Origin: a bacterium
GTDB lineage: Bacteria > SAR324 > NAC60-12
DNA length: 64,000 nt
Direction of reading: 5' to 3'
Assembly: GCA_965233585.1 (NCBI GenBank)
Contig: CBDDTI010000747.1
Location: 800,001 to 864,000 of the forward strand
Positions 1-9,212 of this stretch are shown here, piece after piece. Under the pieces are notes generated by a model. That model saw nothing but the letters and a program-made list of their open reading frames with translations. It ran no database searches and was not told the DNA's origin. How positions within the stretch are numbered: position 1 is the stretch's first letter; each line of letters opens with the position of its first letter. Made by a program: the position numbers and the translations under genes.

Positions 1-137
1 GCTGGTTTAGATTTTACAATTCTGATTTCTAGCTTTGACAAACCTTCTGCGATATTTTGCAAGTCTTCATCAGACAATCTTTCTACTTGGCGGGCAAGGT
101 CGCTTAAAAGGGTTGCTAACACTTCTGATTTTTTCAC
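1..137 (-). CDS. Small helical hypothetical protein, 5' part only (MKKSEVLATLLSDLARQVERLSDEDLQ...), runs off the window
   Basis: GTG at 137 overlaps the ParA stop (GTGA); frame is open to position 1. Confidence 0.65.
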   Translation of the reverse strand, partial: MKKSEVLATLLSDLARQVERLSDEDLQNIAEGLSKLEIRIVKSKP

Positions 138-1075
138 TGCCCTACTCCTGACTTTTCAATGAACTCATCAACAAATTCGCCAATTTCATCAACTATTCCA
201 CTATAAGTTGCGTTTGAGTATCCATTCAATACAACAGGAACACCATCTTGCGGAGCATCTCCAAATATAGACTTATTTTCTCTAAAATAATTATTAAATG
301 TAGGAACCTCTAAACGTTTTGTAGTAGATATAAATTGTTGCTGTGCATTAATTGGTTGCTGATTTCTGATTTGTATCATTGTGAAAACAACACCCAAGAA
401 CTCAGGATCAACTTCTTCAACATCTTTATCCATTTTTGCATAGTCATTAAACTCACTGATTAAGCTTTTAACACTTCGATGAAGGTAGTCAATACCAAGT
501 GTAGATAAGTAGTCTGGTTTTGCTGGTATTAAAATTTGATCTGATGCAACAATCGCATTTTTTGTCACAATATTAAAGTTTGGTGGGCAATCAATTAGCA
601 CAATATCGTAGTTGTTGCATTCTCCAAGTTTTTTTAACTCCGCTTTCAGCTTACCATGTACTTTGATATAATTGATTTTTGACTGTTCTAAGCTAGCACC
701 ACGCAAAAGTGTAGCCAATTCAAGATCTACATTTATCAAACCAAGATGCGAAGAAATAAGATCAACTACTCCTAGACCATTTGAAATCTTTGATAGGTGA
801 TTCTTTATTTTGGTCGGTTCAACAACTAGTTCTGCCAGAGGTATGACCTTTTCAGGTTGGATTATACCATCAAACCAGTTTTTAATTGTTTGCTTTTCTT
901 TGAGGTTCTTATCCCAATAATCGGGAGACATTAAAGAAAACGTCAAGCTTGCTTGAGCATCCATATCAAGCAATAAAACATTATAACCCCGAACAGCAAG
1001 TTCCCCTGCCAAGTTTGCAGTGACGGTGGTTTTACCTACGCCACCTTTATAGTTGATAACTGAAACAATTTTCAT
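134..1075 (-). CDS. ParA/Soj family ATPase (orphan)
   Basis: Deviant Walker A KGGVGKT, DMDAQASLT and IDCPP motifs; AAGGAG RBS. Confidence 0.9.
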   Translation of the reverse strand: MKIVSVINYKGGVGKTTVTANLAGELAVRGYNVLLLDMDAQASLTFSLMSPDYWDKNLKEKQTIKNWFDGIIQPEKVIPLAELVVEPTKIKNHLSKISNGLGVVDLISSHLGLINVDLELATLLRGASLEQSKINYIKVHGKLKAELKKLGECNNYDIVLIDCPPNFNIVTKNAIVASDQILIPAKPDYLSTLGIDYLHRSVKSLISEFNDYAKMDKDVEEVDPEFLGVVFTMIQIRNQQPINAQQQFISTTKRLEVPTFNNYFRENKSIFGDAPQDGVPVVLNGYSNATYSGIVDEIGEFVDEFIEKSGVGQ

Positions 1076-1104
1076 TTTTCACTCCTTACATATGATATTA
1101 GTAA

Positions 1105-1235
1105 ACATAACGCCTTGTATCAGCAGACTTGGGCAGTAATGCCGATCTTAGCAGGTGCAACGAATTTACAATTTATTGATGTGCTTTAGGACAATTTCGG
1201 CTATTCAAGTTCTGTGTGCATGTCATTGTCCTAAC
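1105..1235 (-). other. attC-like imperfect palindrome (degenerate integron cassette recombination site)
   Basis: ~130-bp imperfect inverted repeat ending in GCGTTATGT on the minus strand, 30 nt upstream of parA. Confidence 0.5.
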
Positions 1236-1593
1236 TTCCTTTTTTTCCTCTCATGTCTGTCGCAAATCCAAAACCAGCGAGGAATTATAACACTACTATT
1301 TTGTCAATGTAACTTAAAAAGTCTAGTCTGCCTTGACGATGGACAGGATTTGACAGGATTCAAAACTCAATATGGGCGATGTCAAAAATTTTTGTTCAAG
1401 ATTTGTGAACCGATGCCGATGCAAAGATAAACTTACACCGTAAAATTTAACAGTAGAGTCAGATAGTTTTGTATGGCGGGTATAGATAATGCAACTCAAG
1501 AGGTTTTCAGAGTCATTAAAAACTCCGTTGCTAAATCAAAGAAGAAGTAGCTAATTGACTCAAAGGTCTCTCTAAAGAAGGATTTTAAAAAAG

Positions 1594-1971
1594 ATGAAAA
1601 AATTTTTAGCAAGTGTACTGATTTCAAGTACATTATTAATTGGTTGTAAAAGGGATTCTCAAGTTGTGTCTCATAATTTATCGGAAAAAGCTGACAAGTT
1701 TGAGATTTTGAGAAGAATTGTTTTTTATAATGGAATTACTGATGATTATATCCTTTCTATTGAGGGGTTTTGTTCAATTAGAAAGGATAGATCAGATGCA
1801 CAATTAGAAGTGACATGCAAAACAAATACTGGTTACAAGAAGCATTTTTTAGGCATTTCTGATAATGTGACTTATTTTGCTGAACAGATAGATTCAGAAA
1901 AAGTCAGTAAGACTTTTTATAAAGTGATCTTTAAACCTTTGTCCATCATTCCTGATGTTGATGTTGAGTAA
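1594..1971 (+). CDS. Small lipoprotein resembling a family common in tailed phages
   Basis: Lipobox LIGC; motifs RRIVFYNGITD and YKKHFLGISDNVTYF recalled from phage lipoproteins. Confidence 0.75.
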   Translation: MKKFLASVLISSTLLIGCKRDSQVVSHNLSEKADKFEILRRIVFYNGITDDYILSIEGFCSIRKDRSDAQLEVTCKTNTGYKKHFLGISDNVTYFAEQIDSEKVSKTFYKVIFKPLSIIPDVDVE

Positions 1972-2075
1972 CAATGCTTCCTGTTTTCAGCAATCATATT
2001 TGGCTTTTTGGAAATATAAATAAGAGTTGAAGATTTACTGCAGTCAATCTAAATTCTTTTGTTGAATCTTCGCTA

Positions 2076-2102
2076 GAAAATGGCAAGAGGAGTGCCATTT
2101 TC
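2076..2102. terminator. Putative bidirectional terminator hairpin
   Basis: GAAAATGGCA-agaggag-TGCCATTTTC between convergent genes. Confidence 0.55.
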
Positions 2103-2122
2103 CAACAATTTGCAACAGTATT

Positions 2123-2665
2123 TTAAACGATGCCGTTCACCAGCCAATGTTTGAGATAGGTGTAGGTTTCAATAATGTCAAACATGAATGAAAACAAAAT
2201 GGCTGCTGTGATCGCTCCAGACCATACTCGGAAAGGCCTAGGTTTATGGGGGTTGTTAAACGGTTTTTCCTTGAGAAGAATGATCAAAGCAGGAGTCCAA
2301 AAAATGAGGTGCATCATGGCAAGTGAGCCTCCTAACATCGGAAAACCAAGAATTTGGTTGAAAGTTCCAAAGAAAAAAGAAGACAGGACAAATCCGATAG
2401 TCGTCCATCTAGCCACTGAATGCCTGCGAATAAAAAACAGACCGACTGCAAAACTTCCCATCAAGAGAACAAGCCAAATCTTAACCCAAGTAGGAACGGT
2501 GGGACTTGTAAAAGTCTCTTGCATCTCAAAAATCTCTAAAGACCTGTGACCTTTCGCATAGTCCTGAGCTCCGAAAGCAACAGAGCTGAAGGCTAAGGGA
2601 CTCATCATCGCAAGTGTTCTTGCCCAGTTTTTAACAAATTTTAATGGTTTTTTTGATATTTTCAT
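2123..2665 (-). CDS. Hypothetical membrane protein (signal peptide plus about 4 TM helices)
   Basis: AGGAG RBS, hydrophobic segments. Confidence 0.75.
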   Translation of the reverse strand: MKISKKPLKFVKNWARTLAMMSPLAFSSVAFGAQDYAKGHRSLEIFEMQETFTSPTVPTWVKIWLVLLMGSFAVGLFFIRRHSVARWTTIGFVLSSFFFGTFNQILGFPMLGGSLAMMHLIFWTPALIILLKEKPFNNPHKPRPFRVWSGAITAAILFSFMFDIIETYTYLKHWLVNGIV

Positions 2666-2760
2666 ACGACTTGCTCCTAAAATCTATATATTCTATCATC
2701 AAACAAAAACTAGTCAATAGCGTCATAAAAATAATTTTTGATTATATGGCAATTTTTCAT

Positions 2761-4377
2761 TTAATGCCCCCGAATGATTAGCTTCCAGTTTTTTAATTTT
2801 GTAAAAACATCGGTGTCTTTCACGGTGATAGTCCAAGTTCCAGCGGCAGATTGTCCTAAGTGAGCATTGGTGAGCATCGTCAACTGAATTTGATTTTTGT
2901 GATGGCTATTTGCAAAGCCGTCCATTCTTGAATTAAAGTGAAGCCATTTTCCTTCCATATATAGATGACTCACGATGCCGTCATGGCTGAGTTGAAGATC
3001 AAATTTTCTGGTTTCCTCAACATTGGTCTTTTTGTCAAAATCCAACTCCACTGTGACCGATTCAATGAATTGAACATCGCTTGTAGAAATAGAAATCGTA
3101 TCACTTTTTGCTGTGCCATCAATGTTAAGACTCACAGAAGCAGACCGTTCTTCTGTTTTCATAGGAGGTAAATTGACCCATGTTTTAGCTAAATTCACGG
3201 CATTGAAGGCATTGACCATTCCAAAGCCGTAATGATGGTTGAAATAAAAGTTTTCTGAAGGTTTGCTTTTTTTAGGAAGTCCTTGTTTCCAACCACTATG
3301 GCTAGGGTCATTTTGAACAGCACTTTCGGCTAAAATCAGTTTGACGTCCCGCCATGTTAAATTCGGATTGGCTTCTCGCATCAAAGCAATGACTCCAGAA
3401 ACAATGGGAGTTGCACTAGAAGTTGCCGCAAATGTTCCTGTGTATTTTTCATTGGGGTTCAGGGTATTCTCACTTGAAGTCGTGGTAATTTGGTCTCCGG
3501 GGGCAGAAATCCACAAATTAGAACCAATGGAATAAAAAGGAAAGCCACTAAAGTTGGCATGCCCGCCACGCTTGTCTAAAGCATTTACAACGACCAAGCC
3601 ATAGAAATTGCCTGTACTTCTTGCAGAGGTGTTGACTCCTCTGGTGTTTCCAGCACCAAAAACATAAACCGTGCCTTTCCCACCAAAACCATCTCTCAAA
3701 CCCTTTTGCCAAGCCTGAACATATCCATCTTTTACTCCAAAAACTTCTCCCCAACTGTTATTAGAGACTGCAATTTCACTAATATTCCTTGTCAAAGCAT
3801 CTATAGTGTCACTGTCTTTTTTATTTTGATGAAGGATTCCATAAGTGTAGAGTTTGCTACGAAACGCCACGCCACGTCCCCCTAAATGATTGTCCCTTGC
3901 CGCTATCACTCCAGAGACTCTCAGCCCATGATTACCATTAAGACCATAAAAGTTATGACTTTTTGAAGCGATGAGGTTACCTCGTAAATCTTCATGAACT
4001 TCACCTTCTGACAATCTCAACGCATCATCTAAAACAGCAATCTTGATGCCTTTCCCTGTGTAGCCTTGTTCCCAAACAGGTTCAACATTAATATCTACCC
4101 CGGAAGTTCCTCCAAATTGACCTGTATTTTTCAAGTGCCATTGATATTTGTAAAGAGGGTCTTGAACGTTGGGATTTGTAGATGGTCTGACAGGGGCTGA
4201 CAAGGGGTTGTCATCATTTGAGTTTTCATTAGGATTTGGTAGGGGGTTGCTAGTGTCTGGGCTTTCACTAGAATCCTGATCTTCCTTTTGAGAAGGAAGG
4301 AGTTCATTGCCACAAGAGGCTACCAACAACGTCAACAGTATCAACTGAATGAATGAAAGTTTTTTTATCAACATCAC
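2761..4377 (-). CDS. Lipoprotein S8 (subtilisin/kexin-like) serine protease with C-terminal P domain
   Basis: Lipobox VASC; DPLYKYQWHL; catalytic AVLDD, NHG and ATSSATP; LTWRDVK; YGFG; GTWTITVKD. Confidence 0.9.
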   Translation of the reverse strand: MMLIKKLSFIQLILLTLLVASCGNELLPSQKEDQDSSESPDTSNPLPNPNENSNDDNPLSAPVRPSTNPNVQDPLYKYQWHLKNTGQFGGTSGVDINVEPVWEQGYTGKGIKIAVLDDALRLSEGEVHEDLRGNLIASKSHNFYGLNGNHGLRVSGVIAARDNHLGGRGVAFRSKLYTYGILHQNKKDSDTIDALTRNISEIAVSNNSWGEVFGVKDGYVQAWQKGLRDGFGGKGTVYVFGAGNTRGVNTSARSTGNFYGLVVVNALDKRGGHANFSGFPFYSIGSNLWISAPGDQITTTSSENTLNPNEKYTGTFAATSSATPIVSGVIALMREANPNLTWRDVKLILAESAVQNDPSHSGWKQGLPKKSKPSENFYFNHHYGFGMVNAFNAVNLAKTWVNLPPMKTEERSASVSLNIDGTAKSDTISISTSDVQFIESVTVELDFDKKTNVEETRKFDLQLSHDGIVSHLYMEGKWLHFNSRMDGFANSHHKNQIQLTMLTNAHLGQSAAGTWTITVKDTDVFTKLKNWKLIIRGH

Positions 4378-4510
4378 ACGACTCCCATATTTGAATGTTT
4401 TTAGTTTATTAATTAAAGCACATCAAAAAACCTTGTCAAGTGATTTTTGACAGTTTGTGTCAAAGACGAGAGAAAAGCCTGACTGCTTCGCTTTCTCAAA
4501 AAAAAAATTC

Positions 4511-4537
4511 TCAATAAATTTTTTATCCTGCCGATAA
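4511..4537 (+). promoter_or_regulatory. Sigma-28 (FliA) promoter P1
   Basis: TCAA-N15-GCCGATAA upstream of the flagellin cluster, preceded by an A10 tract (4498-4507). Confidence 0.7.
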
Positions 4538-4572
4538 CTACTTAACGGCAAATGACACTCAAAATATTGGAT

Positions 4573-4600
4573 TAAAGAGTTTTGAGAAATTTGCCGATAC
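4573..4600 (+). promoter_or_regulatory. Possible second sigma-28 promoter P2
   Basis: TAAA-N16-GCCGATAC. Confidence 0.45.
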
Positions 4601-5064
4601 AAGACAAAAGTCTTACTTTAATGATCTTTTAAATTCACGGCTAAGCCGTACGACAATGACTAAAAGTCTGCGTCCCTTTTTTTAGGTTGATGCGACTTCA
4701 AGATGATTCAAACAAACTTGCGTGAGCAGGGTTGTTTCACTCATCAATCTTGATAAAGATGTGTGTGTCTTTGAAATTGACCTCTAGGTTTATTTTTTTG
4801 ACATAAGATCGGGAGAGATTGACAAAGCTCGTTTTCTTTGAGACGTCTTTGTACTTTCTTGCAAAAAACATTTCCCGTTGCAGTGTCTTTTGTACATTTG
4901 TAGAGGACATTTTTATCTTATGACATGACCCTGACAGGTTTCTGTTGATTTAATGGACTAAAAATAAGTTTTTAAGTCAATCAATGTTTGGTCTATTTTT
5001 CATGTCATCACATCATTAAAAATTTATTTTCATTGTCGTTATTATCACAAAGAGGAGTACATTT

Positions 5065-6675
5065 ATGAGAGTGAACAATAACATTACTGCGATGATGGCA
5101 TTGCGTCATCTTGGCAATACAACAAACGATACAAAGAAAAGCCTTGAAAAGCTTTCTTCTGGAATGAAAATCAATACAGCAGCCGACGGTCCTGCTTCAT
5201 TGATGATTTCAGAAAATATGCGGGCGCAAATTGCTGGAATTAGACAGGCGGCAGATAACTCTGAAACGTCTATTTCCATGTTACAAACGGCAGAAGGTGC
5301 TTTGCAAGAAGTGAGTTCTATTTTGATTAACATGAGGCAGTTAGCAATCCATGCCGCCAACGATGGTGCCAATGACCGCAACATGTTAGAGGCAGACCAG
5401 CAAGAGATTGATAACTTACTGGATACATTAGGACGGATTTCGCAATACACTTTGTTTGGAACAAAGAAGTTGCTTGATGGAAGCAATGGAACGAGTGGCA
5501 CGACAGTTGGTGAGAACATTCGCTTTGTGTCTGCAACGACAAGAACAGAGCCTTCTCCACCAGAAGGACACCCGATTGACATTACACAAGTTGCAACACG
5601 TGCCAAAGTTTCAGGAAAAACTGCGATTGATTACCAAAATGCCAAAGAGGGTTTTAAATTTACAATCAATGATGGGGGACAAGTTGCAGAATTTTCCACA
5701 AGACGAGGAGATGTGCAAGAGACCATTAATAAGTTGATTCAAAACATGGAGCGAAGCGCTCAAGATGACCCCAATGCTTCACCTGAAACAGTCAACCAAA
5801 CCATTCGTGAGGTTGTTGCAAGGAGTTTCCAACGTTCGGCAGACGAACAAGGCTTGAAAGTTGACATTTATATTGATGAATCTGGCATGCTCACAGTCAG
5901 ACACAAGGAGTTTGGCAGTGACCCTAGTTTCACTGTGACAGGTGATCGGGACGGCTTTTTGTCAGAAAAAGCAAATATTGCCAACTCTTCAGAACATGGT
6001 GTTGATGTCGCTGGATTTATTGGCAATTATGTTTCAGTTGGCAAGGGACAAATGTTGACAGGCGGTGTTGGAACACCTGTGGAAGGGCTGACTGTTGAGT
6101 ATAACAAAGAACTTGGCTACGAGAGACAAGAAGTCATTGACCAAGAAACTGGAGAAAGAGTAGTCAGGCTTGTACCTCAAACTAGCGAGCAGTTGATTGG
6201 TGGCAAAGTGGACGGCTACGTCAATGTCAGCCAACAATCCTTGCGCTATCAAATTGGTCCCAATCGTGGGCAAGACTTACGCGTTGATGTAGAAAGCACT
6301 CATCCCACAAAATTAGGTCGGGGTGTCAACAACAACAGCGAGTTTACAAGTCTTGCAGACATTGATGTCCGTTCAGGAGCGCAAGCCAGCGATGCCATTG
6401 CAGTCGTGGACCAAGCCATTGAAGAGGTTGCACAGTTAAGAGGTAAACTTGGAGCAATTCAGAAAAATGCACTGGAGACCACATTGAGCTACCTCAAAAT
6501 GGCAGATGAAAATTTAACCAATGCCGAGTCTATCATTCGTGATACAGACATGGCAGATGAGATGTCTAATTTTACTAAAAATCAGATTATGCTTGCATCG
6601 GGAACAGCCATGGCAGCACAAGCGAATCAAGTGCCAAAATCTGTGATGCAACTGCTTTCTGGACTAAATAGTTAA
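5065..6675 (+). CDS. Flagellin 1 (536 aa, the most divergent of the three)
   Basis: N-terminal EKLSSGMKINTAAD; C-terminal AESIIRDTDMADEM...AQANQ. Confidence 0.95.
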   Translation: MRVNNNITAMMALRHLGNTTNDTKKSLEKLSSGMKINTAADGPASLMISENMRAQIAGIRQAADNSETSISMLQTAEGALQEVSSILINMRQLAIHAANDGANDRNMLEADQQEIDNLLDTLGRISQYTLFGTKKLLDGSNGTSGTTVGENIRFVSATTRTEPSPPEGHPIDITQVATRAKVSGKTAIDYQNAKEGFKFTINDGGQVAEFSTRRGDVQETINKLIQNMERSAQDDPNASPETVNQTIREVVARSFQRSADEQGLKVDIYIDESGMLTVRHKEFGSDPSFTVTGDRDGFLSEKANIANSSEHGVDVAGFIGNYVSVGKGQMLTGGVGTPVEGLTVEYNKELGYERQEVIDQETGERVVRLVPQTSEQLIGGKVDGYVNVSQQSLRYQIGPNRGQDLRVDVESTHPTKLGRGVNNNSEFTSLADIDVRSGAQASDAIAVVDQAIEEVAQLRGKLGAIQKNALETTLSYLKMADENLTNAESIIRDTDMADEMSNFTKNQIMLASGTAMAAQANQVPKSVMQLLSGLNS

Positions 6676-6830
6676 TTCTTAAACTAAAAATGTATTTTTA
6701 ATACAAATTTAATTTTTATTCATCTACTTTTTATTAATTTTTTATTTCTTCATCGTTTCTGTGATGATGAAGAGATTTTTTGGGCTTCATGCTCAAAGCA
6801 AGTGTTATTCATTCAAATTAGGAGAAAATC

Positions 6831-8282
6831 ATGCGTATCAATCACAACATTTCATCGTTGAATACTCAACGACAACTTGGTCAAAACACTAGAACTCAAG
6901 CAAAAAACCTAGAGAAATTATCTTCAGGTTTGAAGATCAATCGTGCCGCTGACGGTCCTGCATCATTGGTGATTTCAGAAAAAATGAGAGCACAAATTTC
7001 AGGTTTAAGTCAAGCCATTGACAACTCAGAATCTGGTGTTTCTATGGTTCAAATCACAGAAGCCGCACTTGACGAGGTGAGTCGGACTTTGATTTCTGCA
7101 AGACAGGTCGCAGTTCATGCGGCAAACGAAGCTGTCAATGACCCAAGCATGTTAGAGGCAGACCAACAAGAAATAGACAATGTTCTCAATGCAGTTGACC
7201 GTATCTCACGCTATACCCAATTTGGAACTAAGCTACTTCTTGATGGAAGTCGTGGCGCAAGTGGGGTGGCAACAGGTGAAGATTTAGAGTTTGTCGCCGC
7301 AACAACTGACACCAAAGCCTCTCAAGTGGCAGGGTATAAAGTGCAAATAGACCAAGCCGCAACCCGTTCACATTGGAAAGGGTCGGTTGCCCTAACGCAA
7401 GACATGATAGACAAAGGCGAGATCATTACCATTACGCAAAATGGGAGAACAGTCAGCTATACCACACAAAAAGGAGAAAGCGTTGAAAGCAACTTAAATA
7501 CACTTTCTGCCAAAATGCGTGATGCAGGCTTGGAAGTGGATTTATTGAAAAATAGCGAAAATAAAATTGAATTGAGACACAGAGAATACGGCAGTAAGCA
7601 TTCTTTTTCAGTTGCTAGTTCTACTGCAGGTGTGCTTTCTAAAGTGGCAAATGTTCGTGAAGAATCTGTCAGAGGGAATGATGTGCAAGGCACAATCAAT
7701 GGAGAAGAAGCAAAGGGAGATGGTCAGGTTCTGACAGGGCGAGACAGTTCTGTCAACATTCGTGGCTTGAGTGTCCGATACACAGGGACCAAGGTTGACA
7801 CAGCTGATGAGGCAGGGAACAAAACTTTTACAGGCACGGTGTCTGTTGCCCAAAACTCATTAGTCTTTCAAATTGGGGGCAATGCAGGGCAAAGTACTTC
7901 TATTTCATTACGAAGCACCAATACAAAAGACCTTGCAACAGGCGTCAAGAACGAATCAGGATTTACCTCTCTCAATGACATTGATGTTCGCAACTCCAAA
8001 AGCGCTCAAGACAGTATCAGAATGCTTGATGCCGCACTTGAGCAAATTGCAACAACACGAGGCGAGATGGGTGCATTCCAAAAGAATAACTTAGAAAGTA
8101 ATCTTAATTACTTGAGAATTGCCCACGAAAATTTGACCAATGCAGAGTCTGTCTTGCGTGATGCAGATATGGCGTATGAGATGTCAAACTTCACCAAAAA
8201 TCAAATCATGGTTCAGTCTTCTACTGCAATGCTAGCACAAGCTAACCAAACTCCTCAGTCTCTGATGCAGTTGATTCAGTAA
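6831..8282 (+). CDS. Flagellin 2
   Basis: MRINHNI...EKLSSGLKINRAAD; AESVLRDADMA...AMLAQANQ. Confidence 0.95.
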   Translation: MRINHNISSLNTQRQLGQNTRTQAKNLEKLSSGLKINRAADGPASLVISEKMRAQISGLSQAIDNSESGVSMVQITEAALDEVSRTLISARQVAVHAANEAVNDPSMLEADQQEIDNVLNAVDRISRYTQFGTKLLLDGSRGASGVATGEDLEFVAATTDTKASQVAGYKVQIDQAATRSHWKGSVALTQDMIDKGEIITITQNGRTVSYTTQKGESVESNLNTLSAKMRDAGLEVDLLKNSENKIELRHREYGSKHSFSVASSTAGVLSKVANVREESVRGNDVQGTINGEEAKGDGQVLTGRDSSVNIRGLSVRYTGTKVDTADEAGNKTFTGTVSVAQNSLVFQIGGNAGQSTSISLRSTNTKDLATGVKNESGFTSLNDIDVRNSKSAQDSIRMLDAALEQIATTRGEMGAFQKNNLESNLNYLRIAHENLTNAESVLRDADMAYEMSNFTKNQIMVQSSTAMLAQANQTPQSLMQLIQ

Positions 8283-8296
8283 TTTTCTGAACTAAG

Positions 8297-8630
8297 AGAA
8301 CGCTAATTTGAATAACACTATTCCGAAGTTTAGCTGATTGTCAAAGATAAGCGAGACTTCGGATTCTGTTTTCTTTAGTGAAATTTGAAAAAAGAACGTT
8401 AACAAAAAGAACGCTAATTTGAATAACACTATTCCGAAGTTTAGCTGATTGTCAAAGATGAGCGAGACTTCGGATTCTGTTCTATTCAATCCAATTTGAT
8501 TTAGTGAAATTTGAAAAAAGAACGTTAACAAAAAGAACGCTAATTTGAATAACACTATTCCGAAGTTTCAGCTGATTGTCAAAGGTCAGCGAGACTTCGG
8601 ATTCTGTTTTCTTTAGTGAAATTTGAAAAA
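8297..8630. repeat. Three tandem copies (periods 111 and 126 bp) of a hairpin-containing unit
   Basis: Units start at 8297, 8408 and 8534; each has TCCGAAGTTT(C)AGCT...AGCGAGACTTCGGA. Confidence 0.95.
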
Positions 8631-8895
8631 AACTTTTTTGTCAAAACTTCAGTTTGACTTTTGTTTTGAGGTGTTGACAAAGAAGTTATTTTTTGCATTT
8701 TGGGCTAAAACCATTTGCAATCCCAAAATCAAAGCAACTTGACTTTCAATTCAGAGTCAAAAAGAAGTTTTGAGACGGGGTTTGAGGGCATAGCTGATTG
8801 CGTGAAAAATGATATTCCAATGTGTTTGAATGGATTCTTGTCAAAACAGAGTCCATGCTCTTTCAAACTCTTTCAAAGTGATTAAAAGATGTCAT

Positions 8896-8922
8896 GTTAG
8901 ATGGGTTTGCTTCAGCCGATAC
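8896..8922 (+). promoter_or_regulatory. Possible sigma-28 promoter for flagellin 3
   Basis: GCCGATAC -10 at 8915-8922; poor -35. Confidence 0.35.
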
Positions 8923-9212
8923 AAATTTCATCACTGATGAGGTGAAGTTTCTAAAAGTATGAAACGACTGCAAACAGAACTATCTTTTTTGAACACGATT
9001 TCAATCACTTTCTATGAACTGCTTTTGCTCAATTTAATTGAGTGAGGGAATTGTCATTTCGGAAGAGTTTTTTAGAAGTCAAACACCTTTTTCAATGTAG
9101 ATCAATTCAGGGAGCAATACCCTTGTTTTATCTATAAAATTATATTTTTACTCACTCTCTCTGGGTAAAAATATGTTGTTTAAACATTAAGACTACAAAA
9201 TAAGGAGAAACC

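Noticed and set aside
1155..1430. 91-aa plus-strand ORF
   Set aside because: Overlaps the attC-like hairpin, has no RBS and has non-protein-like composition
4630..4700. c-di-GMP-I riboswitch on the minus strand (GGGACGCA motif)
   Set aside because: Lacks the GGCAAA...GAAA tetraloop stem and a second stem; only a short motif matches
8297..8630. CRISPR array, or the 87-aa ORF 8292-8555
   Set aside because: Whole units are duplicated with no unique spacers; the ORF is a by-product of periods divisible by 3
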